Shown in pieces: positions 25,043-33,966 of a stretch of 33,966 bases of DNA. A model generated the notes under the pieces. The model ran no database searches, was not told the DNA's origin, and saw only the letters and a program-made list of their open reading frames with translations. A program made the position numbers and the translations under genes. Each line of letters starts with the position of its first letter. The stretch's first letter is position 1. Origin of the DNA: Gemmatimonadota bacterium (GTDB lineage Bacteria > Gemmatimonadota > Gemmatimonadetes > Palauibacterales > Palauibacteraceae); contig JAZGCO010000012.1 of NCBI GenBank assembly GCA_036476995.1, positions 1 through 33,966 of the forward strand, given 5' to 3'.

Positions 25043-26236
25043 GTGGAGCCTACGAGAGTCATCCGGCGTCAAGCTAGGAGCGGCCTAATCGCGCAGCAAA
25101 CCGCGGAGCTGTATGCCGGAATCATGTCCGGCACGTCGCATGACGGAATCGATGTGGCACTGGTGGCCCTGAGGGGCGCCGACGAGCGGCCCGACGCTGC
25201 TGAACTGGTCAGCTTCACCTTCACACCCTATGAGGACGGACTGCGGCGGCGGCTGCGATCCCTGGCGGAGAACGAGGCCGGCGTACCCGAGCTGTGCGCC
25301 GTCAACTTCGAACTGGGGGCCGTCTTCGCCGAAGCCTTGACCAAGGCTCTCGCCGTTGCCGGGGTATCACCCGGCGACATGGTGGCCGCCGGATGCCACG
25401 GCCACACGGTCTGGCACGTCCCGCCCGCTTCCGGAGCCGGCGGAGGATCGACGCTGCAGGTGGGTGAAGCAGCGGTCATTGCTGAGCGGACGGGCCTTGC
25501 CGTCGTGGCGGACTTCCGGGTGCGCGATGTAGCAGCGGGCGGGCACGGGGCGCCTCTCGCCCCGTACTTCGACCACCTGCTCTTCCGCTCCGCAGGCGCG
25601 GGACGGGCGATTCAGAACATCGGCGGCATCGCCAACGTGACGGGCCTCCCGGCTGACCCGAGCGCGCGGCCGATGGCTTTCGACACGGGACCGGGGATGG
25701 CCCTCATCGACGCCGCGGTCGAGATCCTTACCGGCGGAGAGGCCACGTTCGACGCTGGCGGAGAGCTGGCGGCTCGGGGAGCGGTACTCGAAGCCGCCGT
25801 GAGCGAGTGGCTGTCCGACCCGTTCTTCGCGCAGCGTCCCCCGCGCAGTACCGGGCGCGAGCGGTTCGGCTCCGGGCGGGCGCGCGCCTGGCTCGAAGCG
25901 AATGCGGACCATGCGTCCGAGGATCTGGTGGCAACTCTGACCGAAGTTACGGCCCGTTCCGTGGCTCAAAGCTACGAGTGGCTAGAATTCGGTGTGGACG
26001 AGGTGTTCGTCTGCGGCGGCGGGGCACACAACCGCCATCTCATGGCGCGTCTCGGGAGCCTTCTGCCCGTTACGCGGGTCAGCGTGCTCGATGACTTGGG
26101 CTGGCCAGTGGACTGCCGGGAGGCCGCGGCCTTCGCGCTACTGGCCCGCCAACACGTCCTCGGCATCCCGGTGGATCTTGGCTGGGCCACCGGCGCCCCG
26201 GCGCCGAGGCTTCTGGGGAAGATGGTTCCGGCGTGA
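25043..26236 (+). CDS. anmK: Anhydro-N-acetylmuramic acid kinase (AnmK)
   Basis: N-terminal signature GIMSGTSHDGIDVALV (family consensus G.MSGTS.DG.D). The start is uncertain between GTG 25043 and ATG 25124. Confidence 0.8.
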   Translation: MEPTRVIRRQARSGLIAQQTAELYAGIMSGTSHDGIDVALVALRGADERPDAAELVSFTFTPYEDGLRRRLRSLAENEAGVPELCAVNFELGAVFAEALTKALAVAGVSPGDMVAAGCHGHTVWHVPPASGAGGGSTLQVGEAAVIAERTGLAVVADFRVRDVAAGGHGAPLAPYFDHLLFRSAGAGRAIQNIGGIANVTGLPADPSARPMAFDTGPGMALIDAAVEILTGGEATFDAGGELAARGAVLEAAVSEWLSDPFFAQRPPRSTGRERFGSGRARAWLEANADHASEDLVATLTEVTARSVAQSYEWLEFGVDEVFVCGGGAHNRHLMARLGSLLPVTRVSVLDDLGWPVDCREAAAFALLARQHVLGIPVDLGWATGAPAPRLLGKMVPA

Positions 26237-27729
26237 TCGGGCCCGATTTACTGGAGCCAGGCCTGGTGTTCCTCCAAGCGCTGCGCTTCGACCAGGGTTC
26301 GCTCGCCTCGGTTCGTGACCGGGCGTTCGAGGCGCTGGAACAGAGCGTGGGCGGCTTCGTCCTGTTTGGCGGGGAAGCGGAATCGGTGGCCAGTCTGACT
26401 GAAGACCTGAGCACTGAAGCTGGCCGGGCGCTGTGGTTCGCTGCGGACCTCGAACGGGGCGCAGGGCAGCAGTTCGCGGGACTCCCGACGCTCCCGCCTC
26501 CCGCTGCCCTGGCGCGGCATCAGGCGCCCGACAACGCGGTGCGTATCGCAGCCGGCCTGACGGCGCGGGATGCCCGCTCCGTAGGGATCAACTGGGCGCT
26601 GGCGCCGGTGCTGGATCTGGACGTGGAGCCAGCCAACCCGATCGTGGGTACCCGCTCCTTCGGCTCCGACCCGGAGCTGGTGGCGCGGCTGGGCGCTGTG
26701 TGGATCGAAGCGTGCCAGGCCAGCGGGGTCGCTGCCTGCGCCAAGCATTTTCCGGGACACGGCCGTACGACGGGAGACTCGCACTCCGAGCTGCCCAGCG
26801 TAGACTCAGCCCGCGAAGACCTGGAGGCGGACTTGACTCCGTTCCGGGCCGTGATCCGGGACGTGGCCTCGGTCATGACCGCTCACGTGGCCTACCCGGC
26901 CCTCGGGTCGTCCGGCCCTGCCACCCTGTCTCCGGCCATCCTCCGGACACTGCTCCGCTCGGAGATGGGATTCGACGGTCTGGTTGTCTCCGACGCCATG
27001 AACATGGCGGGTTTCTCAGGTTCTTCCCCGGCCTCCGCCCTGCTGGCCGGCTGCGATCTTCTGCTCTATCCGACCGATCTGGCGATCGCCGTCCGGGGCC
27101 TGCAGGAGGCCGTCCGGAGATCGGAGCCGCTGGCCCGCCGGCTGCAGGAGGCCACCGCCCGCTCCGCCCGGCAGCTGGCGCGATTCTCGGGTCCCGGGCT
27201 CGCCTCAGCCGGAGGGCCGCAGGCGGATACCTCCTCCGCCGACCTGGACAGTCTAGCGGCGGAGTGCGTGACCCAGGTGGGAGCGCCGGTGGAGCAGATC
27301 CTCGACCCCACGCTGCCTCTGGACGTCTGCGGCGTCTGGGATGACCGAGAGGAACCGGGCCGGCCGGCCTGGGGCGCCGCCTTCAGGGCCGAGCTGGCCG
27401 CCGCCGGGTGGAAGATCCGCGAGCCCAAGTCCGACGCCGAGTCCGCGGCCCGGCCCGAGGCTTACGGCAATACCCAGCGGATCGTGCTGATCGCGGCCAC
27501 GCCGCAGGCCTGGAAGGGCCGCCCGGGACTGTCGGAAGAGGCGGCTGCCGAGGTCGGGCGCCTGCTTGCCACCGGAAACTCCGGCAAGGCGTATCCCATC
27601 ATGTTCGGGCACATCAGAACTCTCGAGAGTCTAGGTATGCCCGGTGCGTCGGCAGCCTGCGCCTGGAGCGCTGAGATCGGCGCAGAGCGCTCCGCCGCGC
27701 GCTGGCTCAACCTACGGGTTCGGGGTTAG
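26233..27729 (+). CDS. nagZ: Beta-N-acetylhexosaminidase NagZ (glycoside hydrolase family 3) with C-terminal extension
   Basis: GH3 motifs ..GINWALAPVLDLD.., ..KHFPGHGRTTGDSH.. and ..VVSDAMNM... A GTGA overlap with the anmK stop. Confidence 0.85.
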   Translation: MIGPDLLEPGLVFLQALRFDQGSLASVRDRAFEALEQSVGGFVLFGGEAESVASLTEDLSTEAGRALWFAADLERGAGQQFAGLPTLPPPAALARHQAPDNAVRIAAGLTARDARSVGINWALAPVLDLDVEPANPIVGTRSFGSDPELVARLGAVWIEACQASGVAACAKHFPGHGRTTGDSHSELPSVDSAREDLEADLTPFRAVIRDVASVMTAHVAYPALGSSGPATLSPAILRTLLRSEMGFDGLVVSDAMNMAGFSGSSPASALLAGCDLLLYPTDLAIAVRGLQEAVRRSEPLARRLQEATARSARQLARFSGPGLASAGGPQADTSSADLDSLAAECVTQVGAPVEQILDPTLPLDVCGVWDDREEPGRPAWGAAFRAELAAAGWKIREPKSDAESAARPEAYGNTQRIVLIAATPQAWKGRPGLSEEAAAEVGRLLATGNSGKAYPIMFGHIRTLESLGMPGASAACAWSAEIGAERSAARWLNLRVRG

Positions 27730-27732
27730 TAA

Positions 27733-29502
27733 GTGCGCTCGATCGATTGGTGGATCGTAGCGTGCTATCTGGCCGGTACCCTGGCGGTCGGGATATGGCT
27801 GGCACGTCGGGCCAGCGGCAGCCTGGAGGACTTCTTCGTCAGCGGTCGCTCTCTACCGTGGTGGCTGGCCGGCACCTCCATGGCGGCGACGACCTTCAGC
27901 GTGGATACGCCACTATACGTGACCGGTCTGGTCGCCCGCCGCGGAATCGCCGGCAACTGGGAGTGGTGGTCCTTCGCACTGTCTCATCTCCTGCTCATCT
28001 ATCTCTTCGCCCGCCTGTGGAGGCGGGCCCGGATCGTGACCGATGCCGAGCTGACCGAAATACGCTACTCGGGCCGGCCTGCGGCGATACTTCGTGGATC
28101 ACGGGCCTTCCTGTTCGCGATCCCGATCAACTGCATCGCTATCGGCTACGTCATGCTGGCCATGCGCAAGGTGGTGGAGGCTCTGGGGCTGTTCGACGGC
28201 CTCTCCGGCTGGCTGCCCGGCGACGAGCGGTTCTGGATTGTTGTCGCCATGTCGATTTTCGTTCTCGTCTACGCCGGCCTGTCAGGTCTCTGGGGCGTAG
28301 TGGCAACCGACTTCTTTCAGTTCGTGCTGGCCATGGCCGGGGCGCTGCTGGTGGCGGGTTTTGCTCTGGCCGACATCGGCGGGATCGCGGAACTCAAGAA
28401 CATGCTGGCCGAGGCCGGCCGCAGCGACGCCCTGCGAATAGTGCCCAGGCCGGGTTCACTGGACCTCCCGATGGGGACGTTTCTGGCCTATCTCGGCATC
28501 CAGTGGTGGGCCTTCCGGCGCTCAGACGGCGGCGGCGAATTCGTGCAGCGTATGTCGGCCTGCAAGACCGAGAAGGACGCCGAGTGGGCCGCCTGGCTGT
28601 TCAACTTGCTGCACTATGTGCTTCGGGCGTGGCCGTGGCTCCTCGCGGCGCTCATCGCGCTGGCCGTCTTTCCGAACCTGGAAGACCCCGAGCAGGGGTA
28701 TCCGCTCCTCATGATCAAGTACCTGCCGACCGGTGCTCTGGGGCTTGCTGTGGCCGGTTTCTTCGCGGCCTTCATGTCCACTGTATCGACGCAGATCAAC
28801 TGGGGCGCGAGCTACGTCGTCAACGACATCTATGCCCGCTTTGTGAAGCCCGACGCCTCGCAAGCGCGGCTCGTGGCCGTCGGCCGGCTGGCGTCCGTCG
28901 TCATCGTGGCGCTGGCCGCGGTCGCGGCGTTCTTCGCCAACGACATCGGAACGGTGTTCCGTTTCATGATCGCCATCGGCACGGGGCCTGGAGCCGTACT
29001 GATACTCCGCTGGTTCTGGTGGCGCGTGAACGCCTGGGCTGAGCTTTCCGCGATGCTGGCAGGTTTCGTGATCGCGCTCCTCACCTATCTTCCCGAGCTG
29101 GAGGCCATCGGGCTTCCGCAGCTGGCCAACATGGGATTCGGTCTCCGGCTAGCTATCACGGCGGGAGGTTCTACCGCGGTGTGGCTGCCGGTGATGCTGC
29201 TCACGAAACCGGAGTCCGACGAAACGCTGGACTCGTTCTACGCCAGGGTTCGGCCGGCCGGTAGCGGGTGGGCTCGTCAGCGGTCTCGAGTGGGACTTGA
29301 ACCGGACAGCCCGCTGCGAAGAGATCTGCTCCGGACGCTGTGGGCAGCGTTCGTACTGTTCGGCTGCATGTTCGGGCTGGGCGGCGTTGTGCTCCTGGAG
29401 TGGAGGATGGCCGCCTTCTCACTGGTAGCAGCGGCTTTGGGCCTGACGGGACTGATGCGCTCCCGGCGTAACGTGACGGTTACCGAGGTGGGGACGACTT
29501 GA
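27733..29502 (+). CDS. Sodium:solute symporter (SSS family) transporter embedded in the peptidoglycan-recycling cluster
   Basis: 589 aa with ~13-14 TM helices. SSS N-terminal pattern ..DFFVSGRSLPWWLAGTSMAATTFSVDTPL... GTG start. Confidence 0.85.
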   Translation: MRSIDWWIVACYLAGTLAVGIWLARRASGSLEDFFVSGRSLPWWLAGTSMAATTFSVDTPLYVTGLVARRGIAGNWEWWSFALSHLLLIYLFARLWRRARIVTDAELTEIRYSGRPAAILRGSRAFLFAIPINCIAIGYVMLAMRKVVEALGLFDGLSGWLPGDERFWIVVAMSIFVLVYAGLSGLWGVVATDFFQFVLAMAGALLVAGFALADIGGIAELKNMLAEAGRSDALRIVPRPGSLDLPMGTFLAYLGIQWWAFRRSDGGGEFVQRMSACKTEKDAEWAAWLFNLLHYVLRAWPWLLAALIALAVFPNLEDPEQGYPLLMIKYLPTGALGLAVAGFFAAFMSTVSTQINWGASYVVNDIYARFVKPDASQARLVAVGRLASVVIVALAAVAAFFANDIGTVFRFMIAIGTGPGAVLILRWFWWRVNAWAELSAMLAGFVIALLTYLPELEAIGLPQLANMGFGLRLAITAGGSTAVWLPVMLLTKPESDETLDSFYARVRPAGSGWARQRSRVGLEPDSPLRRDLLRTLWAAFVLFGCMFGLGGVVLLEWRMAAFSLVAAALGLTGLMRSRRNVTVTEVGTT

Positions 29503-31433
29503 ACGCGAGAACGACAATCCCAGGACGCTGTTCCCCGGCCTTGGTGACAGCCGCCGTGGCCGCCGCGGCCACGCTGACCGGCTGTGCGGGAGCCCCGCCC
29601 CAGACGGCGCCGGGCGAGGACCTGTTCGGGCCCGGCTTGAATCAAAGTGCGTTGCCGCCCATTCCGAGTCAGATCGGTCCACTCTCGCTCCACGTTCAGT
29701 ATCCCGATTCCCTCCAGGAAGTGGCGCCGGATTCCAATTTTGTTTTCGGAACAACCGGTACCGGCGATGCGGCCCTGATCATCGATGGGGAATTCGTGCG
29801 GGTCGAGGCGAACGGGACGTTTCTAGCCTGGCTTCCTACGCCGGAGAGCACCACGGGCGACACCGCCTGGTACCGGCTGATAGCCAGCCGCGGTGAGGAA
29901 CTCGATACGCTCAGTTTCCCGGTGCTGCGGCCTACTCCGGCGTACGACGGCGACGGCGCCGAAATCTGGATCGACACCACCTCACTCCCGGGCGCCGAGG
30001 AGCGCTGGGCCCTGCCTGACGAGGAGATAGTGTTGAGCGCTCGAGTGGCTCCCGCCAGCGAGGCCTGGATTCAGGCCGGAAGAGCGCGGATCGACATGAC
30101 CCGGGGCGCCGGTCCGGAAGATCGGGAGGCCAGGATCTCCGCCGGGCTGCTCCACGCCGCTGCCTGCCGTTCCAGACAGCGCTGCGAGTGGAAGGAAACG
30201 GCGGACTCGCTCTCGCTGAGCCTGATGGTTCGCCTCGGCGACGAGAGCGCCGAGCGCTCGTTCCCGATCTGGCTTCGGGTCCTGGAGCCCGGCAGCCTCC
30301 CCGTTGCGGAGCTCCAGCAGGATCCGAGCCCGGTTCACGGTGCGAGCGGGGTCGTGGTTGGCCGCCCGGTCCCGTTCGGGCCCTACCGGTGGCGGTTTCC
30401 CAACGGCATGCGCGCCGTAGTGACCGGCCGTAGCGGATCCCGCCTGCGTCTGCGACTGGGAGCGGCACTGTCGGCCTGGGTGCGCGAGCAGGACGCAGCA
30501 ATACTCCCGGCGGGGACGCCGCCTCCGTCTGCCGTAGTCGGAGATCTGAGGTTTACGGACCGTGGTGGCCGGCTACGGCTCGACATCCCGCTCGCGGCGG
30601 CGGTTCCGGTGACCGTCTACGAGCCGGACCCCCACACGCTTCGCCTCACCCTGTTCGGGGCCAGGGGGAATACCAACCGCATCGCCCTGGGGGAGGGAAG
30701 TCACCGGATCGAGGCAGCAGACTGGAGCCAGGAACCAGGCGGGCGGTACGTGCTTTCGGTTCGTATGAGGCAGCCCGTATGGGGATACCGGATCAGCTAC
30801 CTGCCCCGGGCCACCGGGTCCACCCTGCGCCTCGAGATCAACCGAGCTCCTTGGATCGACCCGGTGCGGCCGCTCGCAGGACGCCGCATCGCGATTGACC
30901 CCGGGCATCCGGGCGCCGGGGCGCACGGCCCGGGCGGGACGTACGAAGGCGATGCGAACCTCGCCATCGCCTTCGCGCTCGACAGTCTGCTGCGAGAAGC
31001 GGGCGCCGATCCCGTTCTCATGCGCGCGGATACTCTGCCGCTGGGCCTGTACCATCGGACCAACCGGGCGATCGAGGAGGATGCGGAACTGTTCGTCTCC
31101 ATTCATAACAACGCCTTGCCTGATGGCGTGCGGCCTTTCGGCCGCGAGGGGACGAGCACCTACTACTATCATCCGCACGCCGCTGCGCTGGCGAGGCACG
31201 TGCATCAGGGTCTCCTCACGAGCATGGGACTTCGGGATCTCGGCGTGTTTTGGGCAGACCTGGCGGTCGCACGAATGTCCTGGATGCCAGCCGTCCTGGC
31301 CGAGGGGGCCTACATGATGATGCCCGCCCACGAGGCGGCCCTTCAACAGCCCGGTTTTCAAGAGGCGTACGCCCGGGGTGTGCTTATCGGCATACGCACG
31401 TTCCTGGCGGAACGTGCGGGCGGTACTCCATGA
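29499..31433 (+). CDS. Lipoprotein with large N-terminal domain of unknown function and C-terminal N-acetylmuramoyl-L-alanine amidase (Amidase_3, AmiC/CwlV-like) domain
   Basis: The TTG start overlaps the transporter stop. Lipoprotein signal AATLTGC. The C-terminal ~220 aa has RRIAIDPGHPGAG...NLAIAF...FVSIHNNA...EGAYMM, the zinc amidase_3 signature. Confidence 0.8.
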   Translation: MNARTTIPGRCSPALVTAAVAAAATLTGCAGAPPQTAPGEDLFGPGLNQSALPPIPSQIGPLSLHVQYPDSLQEVAPDSNFVFGTTGTGDAALIIDGEFVRVEANGTFLAWLPTPESTTGDTAWYRLIASRGEELDTLSFPVLRPTPAYDGDGAEIWIDTTSLPGAEERWALPDEEIVLSARVAPASEAWIQAGRARIDMTRGAGPEDREARISAGLLHAAACRSRQRCEWKETADSLSLSLMVRLGDESAERSFPIWLRVLEPGSLPVAELQQDPSPVHGASGVVVGRPVPFGPYRWRFPNGMRAVVTGRSGSRLRLRLGAALSAWVREQDAAILPAGTPPPSAVVGDLRFTDRGGRLRLDIPLAAAVPVTVYEPDPHTLRLTLFGARGNTNRIALGEGSHRIEAADWSQEPGGRYVLSVRMRQPVWGYRISYLPRATGSTLRLEINRAPWIDPVRPLAGRRIAIDPGHPGAGAHGPGGTYEGDANLAIAFALDSLLREAGADPVLMRADTLPLGLYHRTNRAIEEDAELFVSIHNNALPDGVRPFGREGTSTYYYHPHAAALARHVHQGLLTSMGLRDLGVFWADLAVARMSWMPAVLAEGAYMMMPAHEAALQQPGFQEAYARGVLIGIRTFLAERAGGTP

Positions 31434-31562
31434 GCATCTCGAGCTCGATCAGCGCCTCGAGCAGGCGTTCCCGGCCGGAACGCTGGGGCCCGGAGTAGGC
31501 GGGACATAAAGTCCCGATGGTCAAGGAGTTAGACGACAGCCAGAACGGCAGGAAAACAGGGG

Positions 31563-31614
31563 TTGACCACAACATATGGTGCTATTATTCTAACGGAGCC
31601 CCAAGATATTGGGG
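31563..31614 (+). promoter_or_regulatory. nrdJ promoter (-35 TTGACC 31563..31568, 17-bp spacer, -10 TATTCT 31586..31591) overlapped by two NrdR-box-like 16-mers centred 32 bp apart
   Basis: Box 1, ccACAACATATGGTGc (31567..31582), matches 12/16 to the remembered NrdR consensus acaCwAtATaTwGtgt. Box 2, CCCCAAGATATTGGGG (31599..31614), is a 14/16 self-palindrome. The 32-bp spacing is the canonical tandem NrdR arrangement. Confidence 0.5.
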
Positions 31615-31822
31615 CCGGGGAGAGGTGCCGGACTCACCGGCGGAATTTCCCTCCCTGGTCTTAGCTGGGCTGATCCCGCCCGAGAAGTTCGCGTAACCTG
31701 AAATACTGAGCGATTTGAAGAGGGTGGCCGGCACCCCTAGAGGAATATTTCGTCGCTATTTTCTTGGCGGCAGACGGGCAGAAGTGGCATCTTTTCATCA
31801 GCGAAAATCATGAGGCGCTCGA

Positions 31823-33966
31823 ATGCAGCGAACTGACGTGGCGATGGTATCCCCAGAGCTGGCCGAAATTCCGACGGAGCTCTCCGCTCCGCAGCTCACC
31901 GAAAACGCCGGTACCGTTCTGGCCCGGCGATATCTGAAGAAGGACGACACAGGGGAGCCGATTGAGGAGCCACGGGACATGTTCTGGCGCGTGGCACGGG
32001 TGATAGCAGAGGGCGATAGGAGCTACGGGGCGAGCGCAGCACAGGTGGAGGAGACCGCTACCGGGTTCTACGAAATGATGGCGCTCGGGGAATTTGAGCC
32101 CAACAGTCCGACTCTAATGAATGCGGGACGGCCCCTCGGCCAGCTCAGCGCCTGCTTCGTCCTCCCCGTCCCGGACAGCCTGGAAGGCATCTACGAGACT
32201 CTTCGGGACATGGCCCTGATTCATCAGTCGGGTGGTGGGACCGGATTCGGTTTCAGCCGGCTGAGGCCGACAGGCGATGTCGTAAAGTCGACCATGGGGG
32301 TGGCAAGCGGCCCGGTTTCCTTCATGGAAGTGTACGACGCCTCGACGGAGGCGGTGAAGCAGGGTGGGACGCGGCGCGGAGCGAACATGGGCATTCTCCG
32401 TGTCGATCATCCAGACATTCTGAGTTTCATCGACTGCAAGCAGGACACGTCGAAGATCACGAACTTCAATATCTCCGTAGGCGTGACCGATGCGTTCATG
32501 GAAGCGGTCGACAAGGGTGAGTCGTACTCGCTCTTCAGTCCGCGGAGCGGCGATCGGGTAGGAGAGCTCGATGCCCGCGAGGTGTTCGACAAAGTGATCA
32601 GGGGTGCGTGGCGCAACGGTGAGCCCGGGGTCTATTTCATCGACGAAGCCAATCGGTACAACCCCGTGCCTCACCTGGGCGACTACGAGGCCACCAACCC
32701 GTGCGGCGAGCAGCCTCTGCTGCCGTACGACGTGTGCAACCTCGGATCGATCAATGTCGGACGGTTCGTAGCGGATCAGCGCATAGACTGGGACTCCCTG
32801 CGGGAGGCGGTTCACAAGGCGACGCATTTTCTGGACAATGTGATCGATCAGAGCCAGTACCCTCTGCCCCAGATCAATGACCTTTCCAAGAGGATTCGGC
32901 GCATCGGCCTGGGAGTCATGGGCTGGGCGGACATGCTCATCGAACTGGGCGAGCCGTATGGCTCAGCCCGTTCAGTGGAGCTTGGGCGGGAGCTGATGCG
33001 ATTTGTGGACGAGGAGTCCAAGGTGGCGTCTGAGAGACTCGCCAAGGGCCGTGGCGTATTTCCCGAGTGGGAACGTTCGATCTGGGGTGCCGACGAGTCG
33101 TGCGCCCGCAATGCGAACGGCGAGCGAATTCGTCCGGAGCGCAGACTCCGAAACTGCAACCTGACCACGGTTGCGCCCACGGGAACCATCTCGATCATAG
33201 CCGGGTGCTCTAGCGGCATAGAGCCCCTGTTCGCCGTGGCGTTCATGCGGAACCAGGCCGGAACACTGATGCCGGATGTGAATCCCAAATTCGTACGCTT
33301 GGCCAAGGCTCAGGGATGGTATTCCGAAGATCTCATGAGACGGATCGCCGACGAAGGCCATATCCACTTCGACGAGGTTCCGGCCGACGTCCAGGAGGTG
33401 TTCGTCACGGCTCACGACGTCACGCCGGAAGAGCACATTCGGATGCAGGCCGCGTTTCAGCAGTACACCGACTCGGCCATCTCGAAGACGTGCAACTTCC
33501 CCCAGTCCGCGACCGAGGACGATGTACGCCAGATCTACCAGCTCGCGTACCAACTGAAGTGCAAGGGGGTCACCGTGTATCGCGACGGCTCGCGGAACAT
33601 GCAGGTGCTTTCGACCGGAGCTACCGCCAGGCAGGTGACCCGCTCGGAGTTAGATGCGGAGGGGGAGCTGGAAATGCTCACGGCGGCGGAGAGCGCCGAG
33701 CTGGCCGACGAGCTGACAGCCTCTCTGGACCGGCTCGGCGAACTAGAGGAGCTAGTGCGTGAGAAGCAGGACAAGATCGCGCTGCTCGAAAGCGGAAAGA
33801 TGCGTCAGCCAGCAGTGCGCGAGCGACCGGCGTCACTTCGTGGAATCACCCGGAAGATCGAGACGCCCCTTGGAGTCATGTACGTCACGATCAACGAAGA
33901 CGAGCAGGGAAGGCCCTTCGAGGTCTTCGTGGCGCTCGGGAAGGCCGGCGGCCCGGCCATGGCGGA
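31823..33966 (+). CDS. nrdJ: Class II (adenosylcobalamin-dependent) ribonucleotide reductase NrdJ, 5' partial (runs off the right edge)
   Basis: Translating from the ATG at 31823 gives MQRTDVAMVSPELAEIPTELSAPQLTENAGTVLARRYLKKD...PTLMNAGRPLGQLSACFVLPVPDSLEGIYETLRDMALIHQSGGGTGFGFSRLRPTGD...NPCGEQPLLPYDVCNLGSINV...TCNFPQSATEDDV...GVTVYRDGSR..., which are hallmark class II RNR motifs. It is absent from the ORF track because no stop falls in the window. Confidence 0.85.
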   Translation, partial: MQRTDVAMVSPELAEIPTELSAPQLTENAGTVLARRYLKKDDTGEPIEEPRDMFWRVARVIAEGDRSYGASAAQVEETATGFYEMMALGEFEPNSPTLMNAGRPLGQLSACFVLPVPDSLEGIYETLRDMALIHQSGGGTGFGFSRLRPTGDVVKSTMGVASGPVSFMEVYDASTEAVKQGGTRRGANMGILRVDHPDILSFIDCKQDTSKITNFNISVGVTDAFMEAVDKGESYSLFSPRSGDRVGELDAREVFDKVIRGAWRNGEPGVYFIDEANRYNPVPHLGDYEATNPCGEQPLLPYDVCNLGSINVGRFVADQRIDWDSLREAVHKATHFLDNVIDQSQYPLPQINDLSKRIRRIGLGVMGWADMLIELGEPYGSARSVELGRELMRFVDEESKVASERLAKGRGVFPEWERSIWGADESCARNANGERIRPERRLRNCNLTTVAPTGTISIIAGCSSGIEPLFAVAFMRNQAGTLMPDVNPKFVRLAKAQGWYSEDLMRRIADEGHIHFDEVPADVQEVFVTAHDVTPEEHIRMQAAFQQYTDSAISKTCNFPQSATEDDVRQIYQLAYQLKCKGVTVYRDGSRNMQVLSTGATARQVTRSELDAEGELEMLTAAESAELADELTASLDRLGELEELVREKQDKIALLESGKMRQPAVRERPASLRGITRKIETPLGVMYVTINEDEQGRPFEVFVALGKAGGPAMA

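Noticed and set aside
25025-25043. Only 17 nt separate the called divergent starts of GGT (25025) and AnmK (25043)
   Set aside because: Not a feature in itself. It means at least one start is mis-set: a downstream GTG around 24983 for GGT and/or the ATG at 25124 for AnmK are plausible. The ambiguity is reported rather than forcing a call.
31434-31560. Possible tRNA or small RNA in the 390-nt gap before nrdJ, and a possible B12 riboswitch
   Set aside because: No cloverleaf-compatible segments or T-loop (GTTCRANYC) were seen, and no B12-box core (GCCACTG) is present. The inverted XhoI-site hairpin GAGCTCGA..TCGAGC right after the amidase stop has no U-tract. The region is left as promoter/leader only.
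31384-33762. Track ORFs 31384..31575(-), 32114..32827(-), 32848..33306(-), 32972..33553(-) and 33316..33762(+)
   Set aside because: All lie in alternative frames of the plus-strand class II ribonucleotide reductase gene that runs 31823..end. It has textbook motifs, and the ORF finder missed it only because it has no in-window stop.

Overview
High-GC (~68%) bacterial chromosomal window with dense coding and no rRNA, tRNA, CRISPR array, transposase or integrase. Bases 1-6400 are a minus-strand bacterial microcompartment (BMC) locus that runs off the left edge. It encodes a TetR regulator, an RpiB-family sugar-phosphate isomerase with a ~130-aa N-terminal extension, DeoC deoxyribose-phosphate aldolase, a CoA-acylating aldehyde dehydrogenase, and six shell proteins (1 BMC-H, 1 CcmP/CsoS1D-like BMC-T, 1 PduT-like BMC-T, 3 BMC-P, one truncated). 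This DeoC + RpiB + AldDH signature matches the bioinformatically defined but experimentally uncharacterised sugar-phosphate-utilising (SPU) BMC class. After an isolated SRAP/YedK gene and an ECF sigma/zinc anti-sigma pair comes a ~12 kb plus-strand array with many overlapping stop/start junctions. It holds an M42 peptidase, DtxR-family regulator, PHP phosphoesterase, TrxB, an IscA/ErpA Fe-S carrier, an MBL hydrolase, a DHH (NrnA-like) phosphoesterase, an unusual CoaE-PHP fusion, an NSS transporter with a trailing 44-aa membrane micro-ORF, a second DHH protein and CcdA. The remainder is an ABC exporter, a glycine-zipper lipoprotein, gamma-glutamyltranspeptidase, a peptidoglycan-recycling cluster (AnmK, NagZ, an SSS-family transporter, an Amidase_3 lipoprotein), and the 5' two-thirds of a class II ribonucleotide reductase (nrdJ). 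nrdJ is preceded by a sigma70-like promoter overlapped by two NrdR boxes 32 bp apart and a ~225-nt leader. Most opposite-strand and out-of-frame ORFs in the supplied track are judged to be GC-rich shadow ORFs.
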